DNA of 38,581 bases from an uncultured Clostridia bacterium (GCA_963558405.1 CAUWGC010000017.1:1-38581), one strand, 5' to 3'. Positions 10,554 to 20,582 are shown, numbered from the stretch's first letter. Notes: generated from the sequence alone by a model not told the origin. Numbers and translations are program-made.

Positions 10554-10610
10554 TTATCTATTATATCATATTTTTGTTTTTTATGTAAGTGTTTTTAAAA
10601 ATTTTTTATA

Positions 10611-11366
10611 TTAATTTCTTCCAATTATATCCTTTATAATCTCCCCTGCAATAATCAAACCTGCAACAGAAGGCACAAAAGAAATGCTTCCAGGAACTTG
10701 ATTACGAATACTACACTTTCTTTTAGTACCCGGAGGGCAAATACAATTTGTCTTACAACTATTTTCAATATTTTCATATGGACGTATTGGCTCTTCTTTT
10801 GAATAAACAACTTTAAGTTTTTTTATTCCTCTACTTCTAAGTTCTTTTCTCATAACCTTTGCCAATGGACACACTGAAGTTTTATAAATATCTGTTACTT
10901 CAAATCTTGTTGGTTCAAGTTTGTTTCCTGTTCCCATACTTGAAATAATAGGGATATTTAATTTATTAGCCCTTACAACCAACTCAACTTTAGCAGTTAC
11001 AGTGTCCACACTATCTACTATGTAATCAACTGTATCATCTAAAATTTCTTTGCTATCTGGCATAAAAAATTCTTGATATACTTCTACATTTGCATTTGGG
11101 TTTATTTCTAAAATTCTTTCCTTTGCAACTTCAACTTTTGGCTTTCCAATTGTTTTTCTAGTTGCAATTATTTGTCTATTCAAATTTGTTAAGCAAATCT
11201 TGTCATCATCTACTAATATAAACTTGCAAACTCCTGCTCTTACAAGTCCTTCTACTACAAACGAACCAACTCCACCAATTCCAAATATGGCAACTTTTGC
11301 ATTTTGTAATTTTTCTATTCCTTCTTTTCCTATCAATAATTCTGTTCTTGAAAATTGATTTAACAT
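10611..11366 (-). CDS. tcdA: tRNA threonylcarbamoyladenosine dehydratase (ThiF family)
   Basis: GIGGVGS, TNLNRQI, CPLAKVMRKEL, GSISFVPSVAGL. Confidence 0.9.
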   Translation of the reverse strand: MLNQFSRTELLIGKEGIEKLQNAKVAIFGIGGVGSFVVEGLVRAGVCKFILVDDDKICLTNLNRQIIATRKTIGKPKVEVAKERILEINPNANVEVYQEFFMPDSKEILDDTVDYIVDSVDTVTAKVELVVRANKLNIPIISSMGTGNKLEPTRFEVTDIYKTSVCPLAKVMRKELRSRGIKKLKVVYSKEEPIRPYENIENSCKTNCICPPGTKRKCSIRNQVPGSISFVPSVAGLIIAGEIIKDIIGRN

Positions 11367-12415
11367 TTTATTTTTCCTCCTCCAAGAACTATGTCTCCAG
11401 CATAAAATACAGCAGATTGACCTGGTGTTATTGCTCTTTGTGGTTCGTCAAATATCACTTTGATATTTTCTCCGTCTTGCTCAATTTTTGCTTTTGCAAC
11501 TTTTGATGAATATCTAGTTTTTACATCAACTTCCATTGTTTCTTCTATTTTATCAACTAATAATAAGTTGATATCTGTAACTGTAATTTCTTTTTTGTAT
11601 AGTTCTTTTTCTTCTCCTACTATTACTTCATTTTTTGCTTTGTTAAATCCTAAAACAAATAATGGTACTTTATATGATATTCCAAGTCCTTTTCTTTGAC
11701 CTATTGTATAATTATATAGACCTGTATGTTTTCCTAATATTTCACCTTTTGAATTTACTATGTTTCCTTTTTTAGGTTTTATATCAGAATTAGTTTCAAG
11801 GAATTTTTTGTAATTTCCATCTGGCACAAAACAGATATCTTCACTATCTGGTTTATTTGCAACTTTTAAGTCGTTTTCTCTTGCTATTTCACGTATTTGC
11901 TCTTTGTCTGTGAAATCTGCTAATGGGAATAATACATGTTCTATTAATTCTTTTGGAATATTCCATAATACATAACTTTGGTCTTTTTTACCTGCCTGTG
12001 ATTTTTTTAGTACCCATCTTCCATATTCTTCGCTATATTCTGTTTTTGCATAATGTCCTGTAGCTATGTAATTACATCCTAGTTCTTTTGCTTTTTCCCA
12101 CATAATTCCAAACTTCATATATTTGTTACATTCTATACATGGATTTGGTGTTCTGCAATTTGCATAGCAGTCTATAAAATCATTTATTACATAGTCTTTG
12201 AATTGTTCTTTGCAATTATATGTAAAGTGTGGAATTCCTATTGTTTTGCAAACATTTTTTGCGTCTATATATGTGTTTATGTTACAACAACTGCTTCCTG
12301 CAAACAGTTCTAGTGTTATTCCTAATGGCTCATATCCTTCTTTTTTTAGTAGTAGTGCTGATACTGAGCTGTCAACTCCTCCACTCATTCCTAATAATAC
12401 TTTTTTGTTTTCCAT
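11360..12415 (-). CDS. mnmA: tRNA 2-thiouridine(34) synthase
   Basis: SGGVDS, TPNPCIECN, ATGHYA, KDQSY, YTIGQRKGLG, TPGQSAVFY. Confidence 0.96.
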   Translation of the reverse strand: MENKKVLLGMSGGVDSSVSALLLKKEGYEPLGITLELFAGSSCCNINTYIDAKNVCKTIGIPHFTYNCKEQFKDYVINDFIDCYANCRTPNPCIECNKYMKFGIMWEKAKELGCNYIATGHYAKTEYSEEYGRWVLKKSQAGKKDQSYVLWNIPKELIEHVLFPLADFTDKEQIREIARENDLKVANKPDSEDICFVPDGNYKKFLETNSDIKPKKGNIVNSKGEILGKHTGLYNYTIGQRKGLGISYKVPLFVLGFNKAKNEVIVGEEKELYKKEITVTDINLLLVDKIEETMEVDVKTRYSSKVAKAKIEQDGENIKVIFDEPQRAITPGQSAVFYAGDIVLGGGKIKC

Positions 12416-12428
12416 TTTTACCTCCGGT

Positions 12429-12485
12429 TGTCAAAAAGGGGCGTCCCTATTGACAGGCTGTCAATAGGGACGCCCCTTTTTGACA
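12429..12485. repeat. Inverted pair of a 27-bp REP-like unit
   Basis: TGTCAAAAAGGGGCGTCCCTATTGACA at 12429-12455 and its reverse complement at 12459-12485. Confidence 0.9.
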
Positions 12486-12504
12486 ACTTTTATTTATTTG
12501 ATTT

Positions 12505-12972
12505 TTATTGACAACAATTTATATTTCCAGTTCCTGTGCTATCATTTTTATTTAGCATATCTTCAATAGTATGCCAAGCCAAAAGAGCACATTTTACTCT
12601 TGCCGGCATATTAGACACATTTCTAAACGCAATTGCATCTTCCAATTTTTTAAGTTCTTCCTCATCAGTTGTCTCTCTTTTTATCATTTCTATAAATGTT
12701 TTTATAATCTCTTTTGCTTCTTCAACTGTTTTTCCTTTTAATGTATCTATCATTATTGATGTTGATGCTTGTGAAATTGCACATCCATGTCCTGAAAATG
12801 CCATATCTTCTATTTTATTTCCATTTAATTTTAATTGTAGTGTTATCTCATCTCCACAATTTGGGTTGTGCCCTACTTCACAGTAGTCTGCATTTTCTAG
12901 TTTCTTTTTGTTGTATGAATTCATACTGTGTTCCATTATTAATTCATTGTAAACATCTGTTAACTCGTCCAT
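12505..12972 (-). CDS. sufU: SUF system sulfur-transfer/scaffold protein
   Basis: NPNCGD, GCAISQAS, PARVKCALLAW. Confidence 0.95.
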   Translation of the reverse strand: MDELTDVYNELIMEHSMNSYNKKKLENADYCEVGHNPNCGDEITLQLKLNGNKIEDMAFSGHGCAISQASTSIMIDTLKGKTVEEAKEIIKTFIEMIKRETTDEEELKKLEDAIAFRNVSNMPARVKCALLAWHTIEDMLNKNDSTGTGNINCCQ

Positions 12973-12986
12973 TTTTTCAACTTTCC

Positions 12987-14201
12987 TTATCTTATATAAT
13001 TTTTAAACATATTATAAGCCTTATCAAGTGCTTTAACCAATTTATCTACATCCTCTTTTGTATTGTAGATGTAAAAACTTGCTCTACAAGTAGAATCAAT
13101 ACCTAAGAATCTCATAAGTGGTTGAGCACAATGATTTCCAGAGCGCACGCATACACCTTCTGAATCTAAAATACTTGCAACATCATGTGGATGTACCCCT
13201 TTAATGTTGAATGAAATTACACTTGAATGATTTTCTTCATTTGGTGTTGTGTATAGTGCTAGATAATCTAGTTTTGATAATTCTTGTCTTGCATATGATA
13301 TTACTTCATGTTCAATTTCTTGTATTTTATCATATCCTAGATTTTCAATGTAATCAATTGCTGCTCCTAAACCAATTACGCCTTCAACATTTTGTGTACC
13401 AGCCTCAAATTTATTTGGAAGTGGTGCAAATGTTGTATCTTGTTCATAAACGTATTCTATCATATCTCCACCCATTAAAAATGGAGTCATTTTGTTTAGT
13501 ATTTCTCTTTTTCCATATAATACGCCTATTCCAAGTGGTGCAAGCATTTTATGTCCTGAAAATACTAGAAAATCAGCATCCAAATCTTGAACATCAATTT
13601 TCATATGTGGTATGCTTTGTGATGCGTCAACTATTACTATTGCACCTTTTTTGTGTGCATATTTAATTATTTTTTTCACATTATTTATTGTTCCTAAAAC
13701 ATTTGAAACATGTGTAATTCCAACGATTTTTGTTTTGTCTGTAATTTTGCTTTCTATCTCTTCATCTGTAATTTGATAATTTTCGTTGATGTACATATAT
13801 TTTAATTTGCTACCTGTTTGCTTTGTCATTTTTTGCCAAGGAACTAAATTTGAATGATGTTCCATTATTGAAATTACTACTTCATCATCTTTTTTTAGGT
13901 TGTCCAAACCATATGAATATGCAATTAAGTTTAAACTTTCTGTTGCATTTTTTGAGAATATTATTTCTTCTCTGTGTTTTGCATTTATGAATTTTGCTAT
14001 TTTTGTTCTTGTATTTTCATATTGTTCAGTTGCTTCTACACTTAATGAATATGCTCCCCTGTGTGGGTTTGCGTTGTATTTTTGGTAGAATTCTTCTACT
14101 GCTTTTATTACTTGTATTGGTTTTTGTGTTGTTGCTCCACTATCTAAATATGTTATGTTTTCATTTTCTAGTAGTGGAAAATCTTTTTTTATATTATTCA
14201 T
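12987..14201 (-). CDS. sufS: Cysteine desulfurase
   Basis: YLDSGATTQKP, EHHSN, FSGHKM, RSGNHCAQPL. Confidence 0.96.
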   Translation of the reverse strand: MNNIKKDFPLLENENITYLDSGATTQKPIQVIKAVEEFYQKYNANPHRGAYSLSVEATEQYENTRTKIAKFINAKHREEIIFSKNATESLNLIAYSYGLDNLKKDDEVVISIMEHHSNLVPWQKMTKQTGSKLKYMYINENYQITDEEIESKITDKTKIVGITHVSNVLGTINNVKKIIKYAHKKGAIVIVDASQSIPHMKIDVQDLDADFLVFSGHKMLAPLGIGVLYGKREILNKMTPFLMGGDMIEYVYEQDTTFAPLPNKFEAGTQNVEGVIGLGAAIDYIENLGYDKIQEIEHEVISYARQELSKLDYLALYTTPNEENHSSVISFNIKGVHPHDVASILDSEGVCVRSGNHCAQPLMRFLGIDSTCRASFYIYNTKEDVDKLVKALDKAYNMFKNYIR

Positions 14202-14308
14202 TTTATATCACCTTTTCTTGACTTTTTGTTAAATATATAATATAATTCATCTAACTTATTCATCTAAAGTATAGTTTTATATACTTGTCACATTATAAGG
14301 AGGTTATT

Positions 14309-14512
14309 ATGTTTTTCAAAAAGAAAAAATATCACTACTTTGTATCAGGTATCTGTCGTAATGAACCTTTTATGACCGAAATTATTCTCTTAAAAAAAGT
14401 TGTGTCTTATGATGAGATTTATCGGTTAACTGATGAACTTGCTAAAAAGTATAATGTTTATTTTGATGAAATCATAATTTATAATTACAATTTGCTTAGC
14501 AAAAGCTTTTAA
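14309..14512 (+). CDS. Small hypothetical protein (67 aa), antisense to the suf operon
   Basis: TTGACT-17-TATAAT promoter (14218-14246), AAGGAGG RBS, terminator 14517-14540. Confidence 0.7.
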   Translation: MFFKKKKYHYFVSGICRNEPFMTEIILLKKVVSYDEIYRLTDELAKKYNVYFDEIIIYNYNLLSKSF

Positions 14513-14538
14513 GATTAGAAAGCCTCTTTGGAGGCTTT

Positions 14539-15661
14539 CTAATCTAACCTCTTATCAATTTCTTGTAAAATTTCTTCTCTCAATTCTTCATTTTCAATTT
14601 TCTCTAAAATTTGATTAAATCTAGCTCTAACCATCAGCTTCATAGCCTCTTTAAGTTCAAAACCTCTACTCATAATATAGAACAATTCTTTTTCTCCAAT
14701 TTTTCCAGCTGAACTTGAATGGTTACCTTCAACCTCTTCTTCAGAACAAAGTAACATCGGCAAAGCAATTGATTTTGCTGTATCTGATAATAACATACAA
14801 GCTTCGTTTTCATTTCCTGTAGCCTTTTTACATCCTTTTCTAAAATCAATTGTTCCTTTAAAATGTTTTTTAGATGTATCTTTTAAAGCTCCTTGAACTT
14901 CTATATCAATATTAGATTTTTTACCTCTTAATTCACCTATATAATTTAAGTCAAAAACTTGATTTTCTTTTCCTAAATAAATTGTGTTTAGTTGATTATC
15001 ACAATTATCCCCTTGTAAATTAGAATAATAATTTGTAATGCTATGCTTTCCGCCAAAATCAACAATTGTATAATTAATTTTTGCATTTCCTTCAAACTCA
15101 TTTTCAATTGCTAAAAAGTTATTTGATTTTATATTCATTAAATTAACCAATACAATATTTAATTCTGCATTTTTTTCAGCTTTTGCTTTTATTATTCCAT
15201 TGTGATAATTTTCATTTTCTTGGTTTGAAGTGTATTTTATTATTATTGTTGATTTTGTGTTTTCGTTTGCAATTATTTCTATGTTGTCTATTAATACAGA
15301 ATTTTCATTATCAAAATTAAAATCTATTTCCGCTTCTATTTTTTCTTCTCTTATATCAGAACATTCACATAATTTTGGCATAACTTCTTCATTTTGATTA
15401 CTATTTATGTTTAATCTTATTTTTTGATTTGCTCCGAGTTTTTACTTGATTTGTAAGTTCTTCACTTAGACCATAAATTAAATCTGTATGTGTATTATTT
15501 ATATTTTGTTCTATATTTATTTTTGATGTATCACCAATTACTGTTACATTTTCAAATGATGGTATAACTTCTGGAATTTCAATATTTTCTAGTTTTATAT
15601 TATTTATTCTGAAGTTTTTCGCAGTTCTAACTGGTGTCTCATTTAATTTAATATTTTTCAT
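14539..15661 (-). CDS. sufD: Fe-S assembly protein SufD, split by a +1 frameshift at CGGA (15433-15436); 373 aa when rejoined
   Basis: Position between sufB and sufS; C-terminal FKGTIDF, LPMLLCSEEEVEGNHSSS, FYIMSRG. The N-terminal ORF joins in frame if ACT CGGA GCA is read as T-G-A. Confidence 0.88.
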
Positions 15662-15747
15662 TATAAATATTGATCCTTTCATTGATTTTATTATATTTTT
15701 ATGTTATAATATCGTTCACCAAAATATAAGGAGGTAGCATATCTCAT

Positions 15748-15858
15748 ATGAAAAAATTTTTTAAATTTTTCCAATTTGTAGGGATTACAGTTGGAATCAT
15801 TGTCGCAATTCCTTTCGCAATTACATTAGCAATAACTTTTTTTGCATTTATCATTTAG
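15748..15858 (+). CDS. 36-aa hydrophobic peptide MKKFFKFFQFVGITVGIIVAIPFAITLAITFFAFII
   Basis: TTGATT..TGnTATAAT promoter (about 15682-15710), AAGGAGG RBS with long spacing, terminator about 15889-15927; too short for the ORF track. Confidence 0.55.
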   Translation: MKKFFKFFQFVGITVGIIVAIPFAITLAITFFAFII

Positions 15859-15951
15859 TAATACGATAGGAATTGCCAAAAATTTTTTAGAATGTCTGGA
15901 GATTTATTTCTGGACATTCTTTTTTTATCCAATGTAATAATTCTAACTACT

Positions 15952-17349
15952 TTATCCTATAGCTCCTTCTAATTCTAAGTTAATAAGATTGTTCATTTCA
16001 ACTGCATATTCTACTGGTAATTCCTTTGCTATTGGATGTGCAAAACCTCTTACTATCATAGCCTTTGCATCTTCTTCTGATAGTCCCCTGCTCATCAAAT
16101 AGAATATTGTTTTATCACTTATTTTACCTATTTTAGCTTCGTGTGAAAATTCAACTTCATCTGTTCTTATGTCATTTGTTGGTATTGTATCTGAAATTGA
16201 TATGTCGTCTAACATAAGTGATTCACATGATACTGATGATTTTGAATTTTTTGCATTTTCATTTATTCTTACCAAACTTCTATATGTGCATTTTCCACCG
16301 TTTTTTGATATTGATTTTGCATTTACTACACTTGATGTGTTTGGTGCATTATGAATTACTTTGAATCCATTGTCTAGGTTTTGTCCACCACCTGCAAATG
16401 ATATTCCTGTAAACTCTGTTTTTGCACCTTCTCCATTTAATATGCTCATTGGATATAGCATTGATATTTTTGACCCAAATGAACCTGATACCCAGTCCAT
16501 TTTTGCATTTTTTCCTACTATTGCTTTTTTTGTATTTAAGTTAAGCATATTTTTTGACCAGTTTTCTATTGTTGAATATCTTAAATAAGCATTGTCTGCT
16601 ACATATAATTCAACACATCCAGCGTGTAAGTTTACTTTATTGTATTTTGGTGCTGAACATCCTTCTATAAAGTGTAAACTTGCTCCTTCTTCTACAATTA
16701 TCAATGTGTGTTCAAATTGTCCTGATTCTGGTGAGTTTAGTCTGAAGTATGATTGCAATGGAACATCTACTTTTACTCCTTTTGGCACATATACAAATGA
16801 ACCGCCTGACCATACTGCTCCATGTAATGCTACAAATTTATGGTCATTTACTGGTACACATTTCATAAAGTGTGATTTTACTAGTTCTGGATATTCTCTT
16901 ACCGCCGTTTCCATATCTGTATAAATTACACCTTGTTTTATCAATTCTTCTTTCATACTATGGTAAACAACTTCTGAATCGTATTGTGCTCCAACACCTG
17001 CAAGGGATGTCTTTTCTGCTTCTGGTATTCCCAATTTGTCAAATGTATCTTTAATGTCTTCTGGAACGTCATCCCAAGAGCTATTTAATTTTGACTTTGG
17101 TCTTACATATGTTGCAATCTCGTCCATATTTAATTCTGATAAATCTGGTCCCCATGTCGGCATTTCTAAATTGTTATATACTTCTAATGCTTTTAGTCTA
17201 AATTCTCTCATCCAGTCTGGGTCGTTTTTTTGTTTTGATATTTCTTCTATTATTTCTGGTGTTAAACCTTTTTTTATTTTAAAATCGTATTCGTCTTTGT
17301 TTTTTATATCATAAATATTTCTATTTATTTCTTCAACTTGAGTTTTCAT
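15952..17349 (-). CDS. sufB: Fe-S assembly protein SufB
   Basis: AGVGAQYDSEVVYH, GAVWSGGSF, GQFEHTLI, FYLMSRG. Confidence 0.97.
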   Translation of the reverse strand: MKTQVEEINRNIYDIKNKDEYDFKIKKGLTPEIIEEISKQKNDPDWMREFRLKALEVYNNLEMPTWGPDLSELNMDEIATYVRPKSKLNSSWDDVPEDIKDTFDKLGIPEAEKTSLAGVGAQYDSEVVYHSMKEELIKQGVIYTDMETAVREYPELVKSHFMKCVPVNDHKFVALHGAVWSGGSFVYVPKGVKVDVPLQSYFRLNSPESGQFEHTLIIVEEGASLHFIEGCSAPKYNKVNLHAGCVELYVADNAYLRYSTIENWSKNMLNLNTKKAIVGKNAKMDWVSGSFGSKISMLYPMSILNGEGAKTEFTGISFAGGGQNLDNGFKVIHNAPNTSSVVNAKSISKNGGKCTYRSLVRINENAKNSKSSVSCESLMLDDISISDTIPTNDIRTDEVEFSHEAKIGKISDKTIFYLMSRGLSEEDAKAMIVRGFAHPIAKELPVEYAVEMNNLINLELEGAIG

Positions 17350-17372
17350 TTTTTAGTTGCTCCTTTGAAAGT

Positions 17373-17449
17373 TGTCAAAAGGGACGCCCTTTTTTGACAA
17401 CTTTTTATTTTTTATTCCTTTTTGTCAAAAAAGGGCGTCCCTTTTGACA
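17373..17449. repeat. Inverted pair of the 27-bp REP-like unit
   Basis: Copies at 17373-17399 and 17423-17449. Confidence 0.88.
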
Positions 17450-17453
17450 ACTT

Positions 17454-18188
17454 TCATTTATATTGTGCATATCCATTTTCTTCAATTTCTGAAGCTAATT
17501 CCTGTCCACCTGTTTTAACAATTTTTCCATTAACTAAAACATGAACATAATCAACCTTTAAACTATGCAAAATTTTAGTATTATGAGTAATAATTAAAAC
17601 AGCATTATTCTCATTTTTAAACATCTCAATTCCTTTTGAAACAGTCTTTATTGCATCAACATCAAGGCCCGAATCTGTTTCATCAAGAATAGCAAGTTTT
17701 GGATTTAATACAAGCATTTGTAAAATCTCATTTTTCTTTTTCTCTCCACCTGAAAATCCAACATTTAAACTTCTTTCCATATTTTTAGGATTCATATTTA
17801 ATTCTTCCATATATTTTTTCAATTCATCTTTAAATTGAAATATTTTTACTGGTTCTCCTGTTATTTTATTTTTTGCATATTTCAAGAAGTTTGTAACTGA
17901 AACCCCGGGAATTTCTTCTGGTAATTGGAATGACATAAATATTCCTTTTCTTGCAATTTCATCTGTTCTTGATTTTGTAATATCTTCACCATCAAATGTT
18001 ATTGTTCCATTTGTTTTTGTATATTCTGGGTTATTTAATATTGCATTTGCTGTTGTTGTTTTACCTGAACCATTTGGTCCCATTATTACATGAATTTCTC
18101 CTTTTTTTATATCTAAGTCTATTCCTTTTAATATTTCTTTTTCTCCTGCGTTTACATGTAAATCTTTTATTTCTAATAAATTACTCAT
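17454..18188 (-). CDS. sufC: Fe-S assembly ATPase SufC
   Basis: GPNGSGKTT, FSGGEKKKNEILQM, LDETDSGLDVDA. Confidence 0.97.
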   Translation of the reverse strand: MSNLLEIKDLHVNAGEKEILKGIDLDIKKGEIHVIMGPNGSGKTTTANAILNNPEYTKTNGTITFDGEDITKSRTDEIARKGIFMSFQLPEEIPGVSVTNFLKYAKNKITGEPVKIFQFKDELKKYMEELNMNPKNMERSLNVGFSGGEKKKNEILQMLVLNPKLAILDETDSGLDVDAIKTVSKGIEMFKNENNAVLIITHNTKILHSLKVDYVHVLVNGKIVKTGGQELASEIEENGYAQYK

Positions 18189-18207
18189 TTTTTTAATCCT
18201 TTCTTTC

Positions 18208-18277
18208 TGTCAATAGGGACGCCCCTTTTTGACATTTTTTATTTATTATCTGTCAAAAAGGCCCGTCCCTATTGACA
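18208..18277. repeat. Inverted pair of the 27-bp REP-like unit; the second copy lies inside the regulator's 3' end
   Basis: Copies at 18208-18234 and 18251-18277. Confidence 0.88.
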
Positions 18278-18713
18278 TTGTTCTTCTTGCACAACATCTG
18301 CATTTTTCTTTATTGATATCATAATCACAGTCTAAGTTTGTTAGGTCTAGTTCTTTATGCACATATTTTGCCAATTTGTTTATTGTTTTATCCGTTATTG
18401 CTAATTTTATTTTTTCTGCTTCGCTTTCAGCTTCTTCTTTGTCTAGATTAAGTACGTCTTTTAAGAATACATAAACTATGTCATATGCTTCTAAAATTTT
18501 TTTTGCTAAGTCTTCTCCTTTTTCTGTTAGTTCTATTGTTCCATATGATTCATAGTTTAGCAGTCCGTTGTCTTTTAAGTTGTATATTGCTTTGTTTACA
18601 CTTGGTTTTGTACAGTTCATTTTTTTTGCAATGTCTGTTACTCTTATGTTTCCATTTTGTTGCTTTAATATGTACATTGTTTTCAGGTATTCTTCTGATG
18701 CTTTTGATATCAT
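18246..18713 (-). CDS. DtxR/MntR-family transcriptional regulator with a Cys-rich tail
   Basis: SEEYLKTMY, RVTDIA, KPSVNKA, IELTEKG; tail DCDYDINKEKCRCC. Confidence 0.85.
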   Translation of the reverse strand: MISKASEEYLKTMYILKQQNGNIRVTDIAKKMNCTKPSVNKAIYNLKDNGLLNYESYGTIELTEKGEDLAKKILEAYDIVYVFLKDVLNLDKEEAESEAEKIKLAITDKTINKLAKYVHKELDLTNLDCDYDINKEKCRCCARRTMSIGTGLFDR

Positions 18714-18957
18714 TTTTTATCCTCTTTCTTTATATTTTAGCATTACAATCTTAAAAAAAATTGTAACTATTTTTAAAGTTTGTTAACTACGGTTAACATT
18801 ATACTCTCTTATAAATTGTTTGTCAAGGTTAACAACAAAAAAAGGCCCCTTATGGAGCCTTAATATGCCTTTTTAATGCAAACGATTATTGCTACAATCA
18901 TTCCAAAAAATAGTACTAATATTACAATCCGATACCATTTTACCTCTTGTTTATCAA

Positions 18958-20582
18958 TAGTGTAAAATGGTTTCGGAATATACAAAAAGAAAGTCCTTTG
19001 ATATAATAATTAAAACCAAAACAAATATCAAAGAAAGGAATTTCTTATGAAACCTATTATATCACAAAAATTAATAAATGTCTTAAAAAATAAAATATTT
19101 AAAGTAATCTCTTTAAATTTATTTAATAATATTGAATTTTTACTAAATTATCTTCTATGCAATGATGACCCTAATAAATATTTCAACATTATATATAAAG
19201 CACAACAAACTGCTAGAGATATTGTTAAATCAATTGTTATATCTACTTTTGAAGAACTTGATAATGAATTTAAAGAATCTGCTTATAGAAAATCTCGTTA
19301 CTATATTAATAAATCCAATGTTCCTAGAACTCTTATTACTATTGTTGGGGAAATAACTTTTTATAGAACTTATTATATTTCGAAAAATTCTAATAAGAAA
19401 TTTTTTTATATAGATAAAATTTTTGATTTACCTAAAAATGACCATTACGATCCTATCGTTAAGGCTATCTCTATATCTAAAGCTATATCTACTTCTCAAG
19501 CCCAAGCTGTTCGTGATACTTCTGCTTTTATTAATGATATTTCTTATTTTGAGACTAATTCTATAATAAAAGATATTCCACGTCAGTCTGTTTATAATTG
19601 GATTAAAAACTGGCATGTTCCTAATATTATTCCAAAATCTGTAGATACTCCTGAAACTCTTTACGTTATGGCTGATGAGAAATATATTGGTGCACAAAAT
19701 ATTAATAAAGATATTATGGTTAAATGTTTCGTTACTTTTGAAGATATAAAAGATATTTGTAAAAATGGACGTCAATTAGTGAATCGCTCTGTGTTTTCTT
19801 GTTACTCTTCTAAAGCTTGGCCTAAGTTTATGGATTTTATTGCTATGAAATATGATTTTTCTAAAATAAAAAATATTTGTCTTTTGGCTGATGGTGGCTC
19901 TTGGATTAAATCTGGTATTTCTGAATTAAAACTTGATACTAATAATTCTGTTAAATTTTATTTATGTGAATTTCACTTTAAACAAGCTATTCATCATATT
20001 ACTACTGATTCAGATGAAAGATTTTATCTATTACATATTTTCAATACAAAGCCTAAACATTATTTTATTGACGCTGTTAATACCATTATAAATAATAATC
20101 CAAAACGTAAAGATATTATTAATAAAAAACTTAAATATATAATTAATAATTATTCAAATATTAAATCTATGCTGAATTTAAATATTGGTTCATCTATGGA
20201 AAGTCATATATCACACCTTATTGCTTCTTTCTTTTCTTCAAGACCTAAAGGCTTTTCTACAAAAAGAATTAAGCAGTATTTAAAACTTAATGACTACAAA
20301 AATAACAACATTAATATTTTTAAATTATATATGCAATCATATAAAAACACTGAAATAAAAAAAATAAATGAAGAAATAATAAATAACTATACTTTTGATA
20401 ATAATTCTAATGGCAATATACCTGTATTAAATGATGGCTTAATCACACCTACATATGAAATATTAAATGAACTTGCACATTAAGATAAAACAAAACTTAG
20501 AGAAAAATCTCTAAGTTTTGAATAACGATTTATTGTATCAATAATAATTTTTAAAATTTTCATCCGAAACTTCTTGACACTA
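18958..20582 (+). mobile_element. IS element, probably ISLre2 family
   Basis: Imperfect terminal inverted repeats TAGTGTaaaatggTTTCGGA (18958-18977) and TAGTGTcaagaagTTTCGGA (reverse, 20563-20582) around a transposase; target duplication not resolved. Confidence 0.75.
19047..20483 (+). CDS. Transposase (UPF0236/ISLre2-like)
   Basis: RTLITIVGEITFYRTYY, YVMADE, LADGGSWIK, CEFHFKQ, GSSMESHISH. Confidence 0.85.
   Translation: MKPIISQKLINVLKNKIFKVISLNLFNNIEFLLNYLLCNDDPNKYFNIIYKAQQTARDIVKSIVISTFEELDNEFKESAYRKSRYYINKSNVPRTLITIVGEITFYRTYYISKNSNKKFFYIDKIFDLPKNDHYDPIVKAISISKAISTSQAQAVRDTSAFINDISYFETNSIIKDIPRQSVYNWIKNWHVPNIIPKSVDTPETLYVMADEKYIGAQNINKDIMVKCFVTFEDIKDICKNGRQLVNRSVFSCYSSKAWPKFMDFIAMKYDFSKIKNICLLADGGSWIKSGISELKLDTNNSVKFYLCEFHFKQAIHHITTDSDERFYLLHIFNTKPKHYFIDAVNTIINNNPKRKDIINKKLKYIINNYSNIKSMLNLNIGSSMESHISHLIASFFSSRPKGFSTKRIKQYLKLNDYKNNNINIFKLYMQSYKNTEIKKINEEIINNYTFDNNSNGNIPVLNDGLITPTYEILNELAH

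Noticed and set aside
15401-15445. A-run slippage as the cause of the sufD shift
   Set aside because: Possible for sufD alone, since the allowed window contains A5-A6 runs, but it cannot explain murB, sigF or the pilin gene.
12429-18277. 27-bp repeats as a CRISPR array
   Set aside because: They are inverted pairs scattered over 6 kb, with no regular spacers and no cas genes.
18860-18957. Short hydrophobic minus-strand frame (…KWYRIVILVLFFGMIVAIIVCIKKAY) cut by the IS
   Set aside because: No matching 5' half was found on the other side of the IS, so it cannot be supported as a gene.
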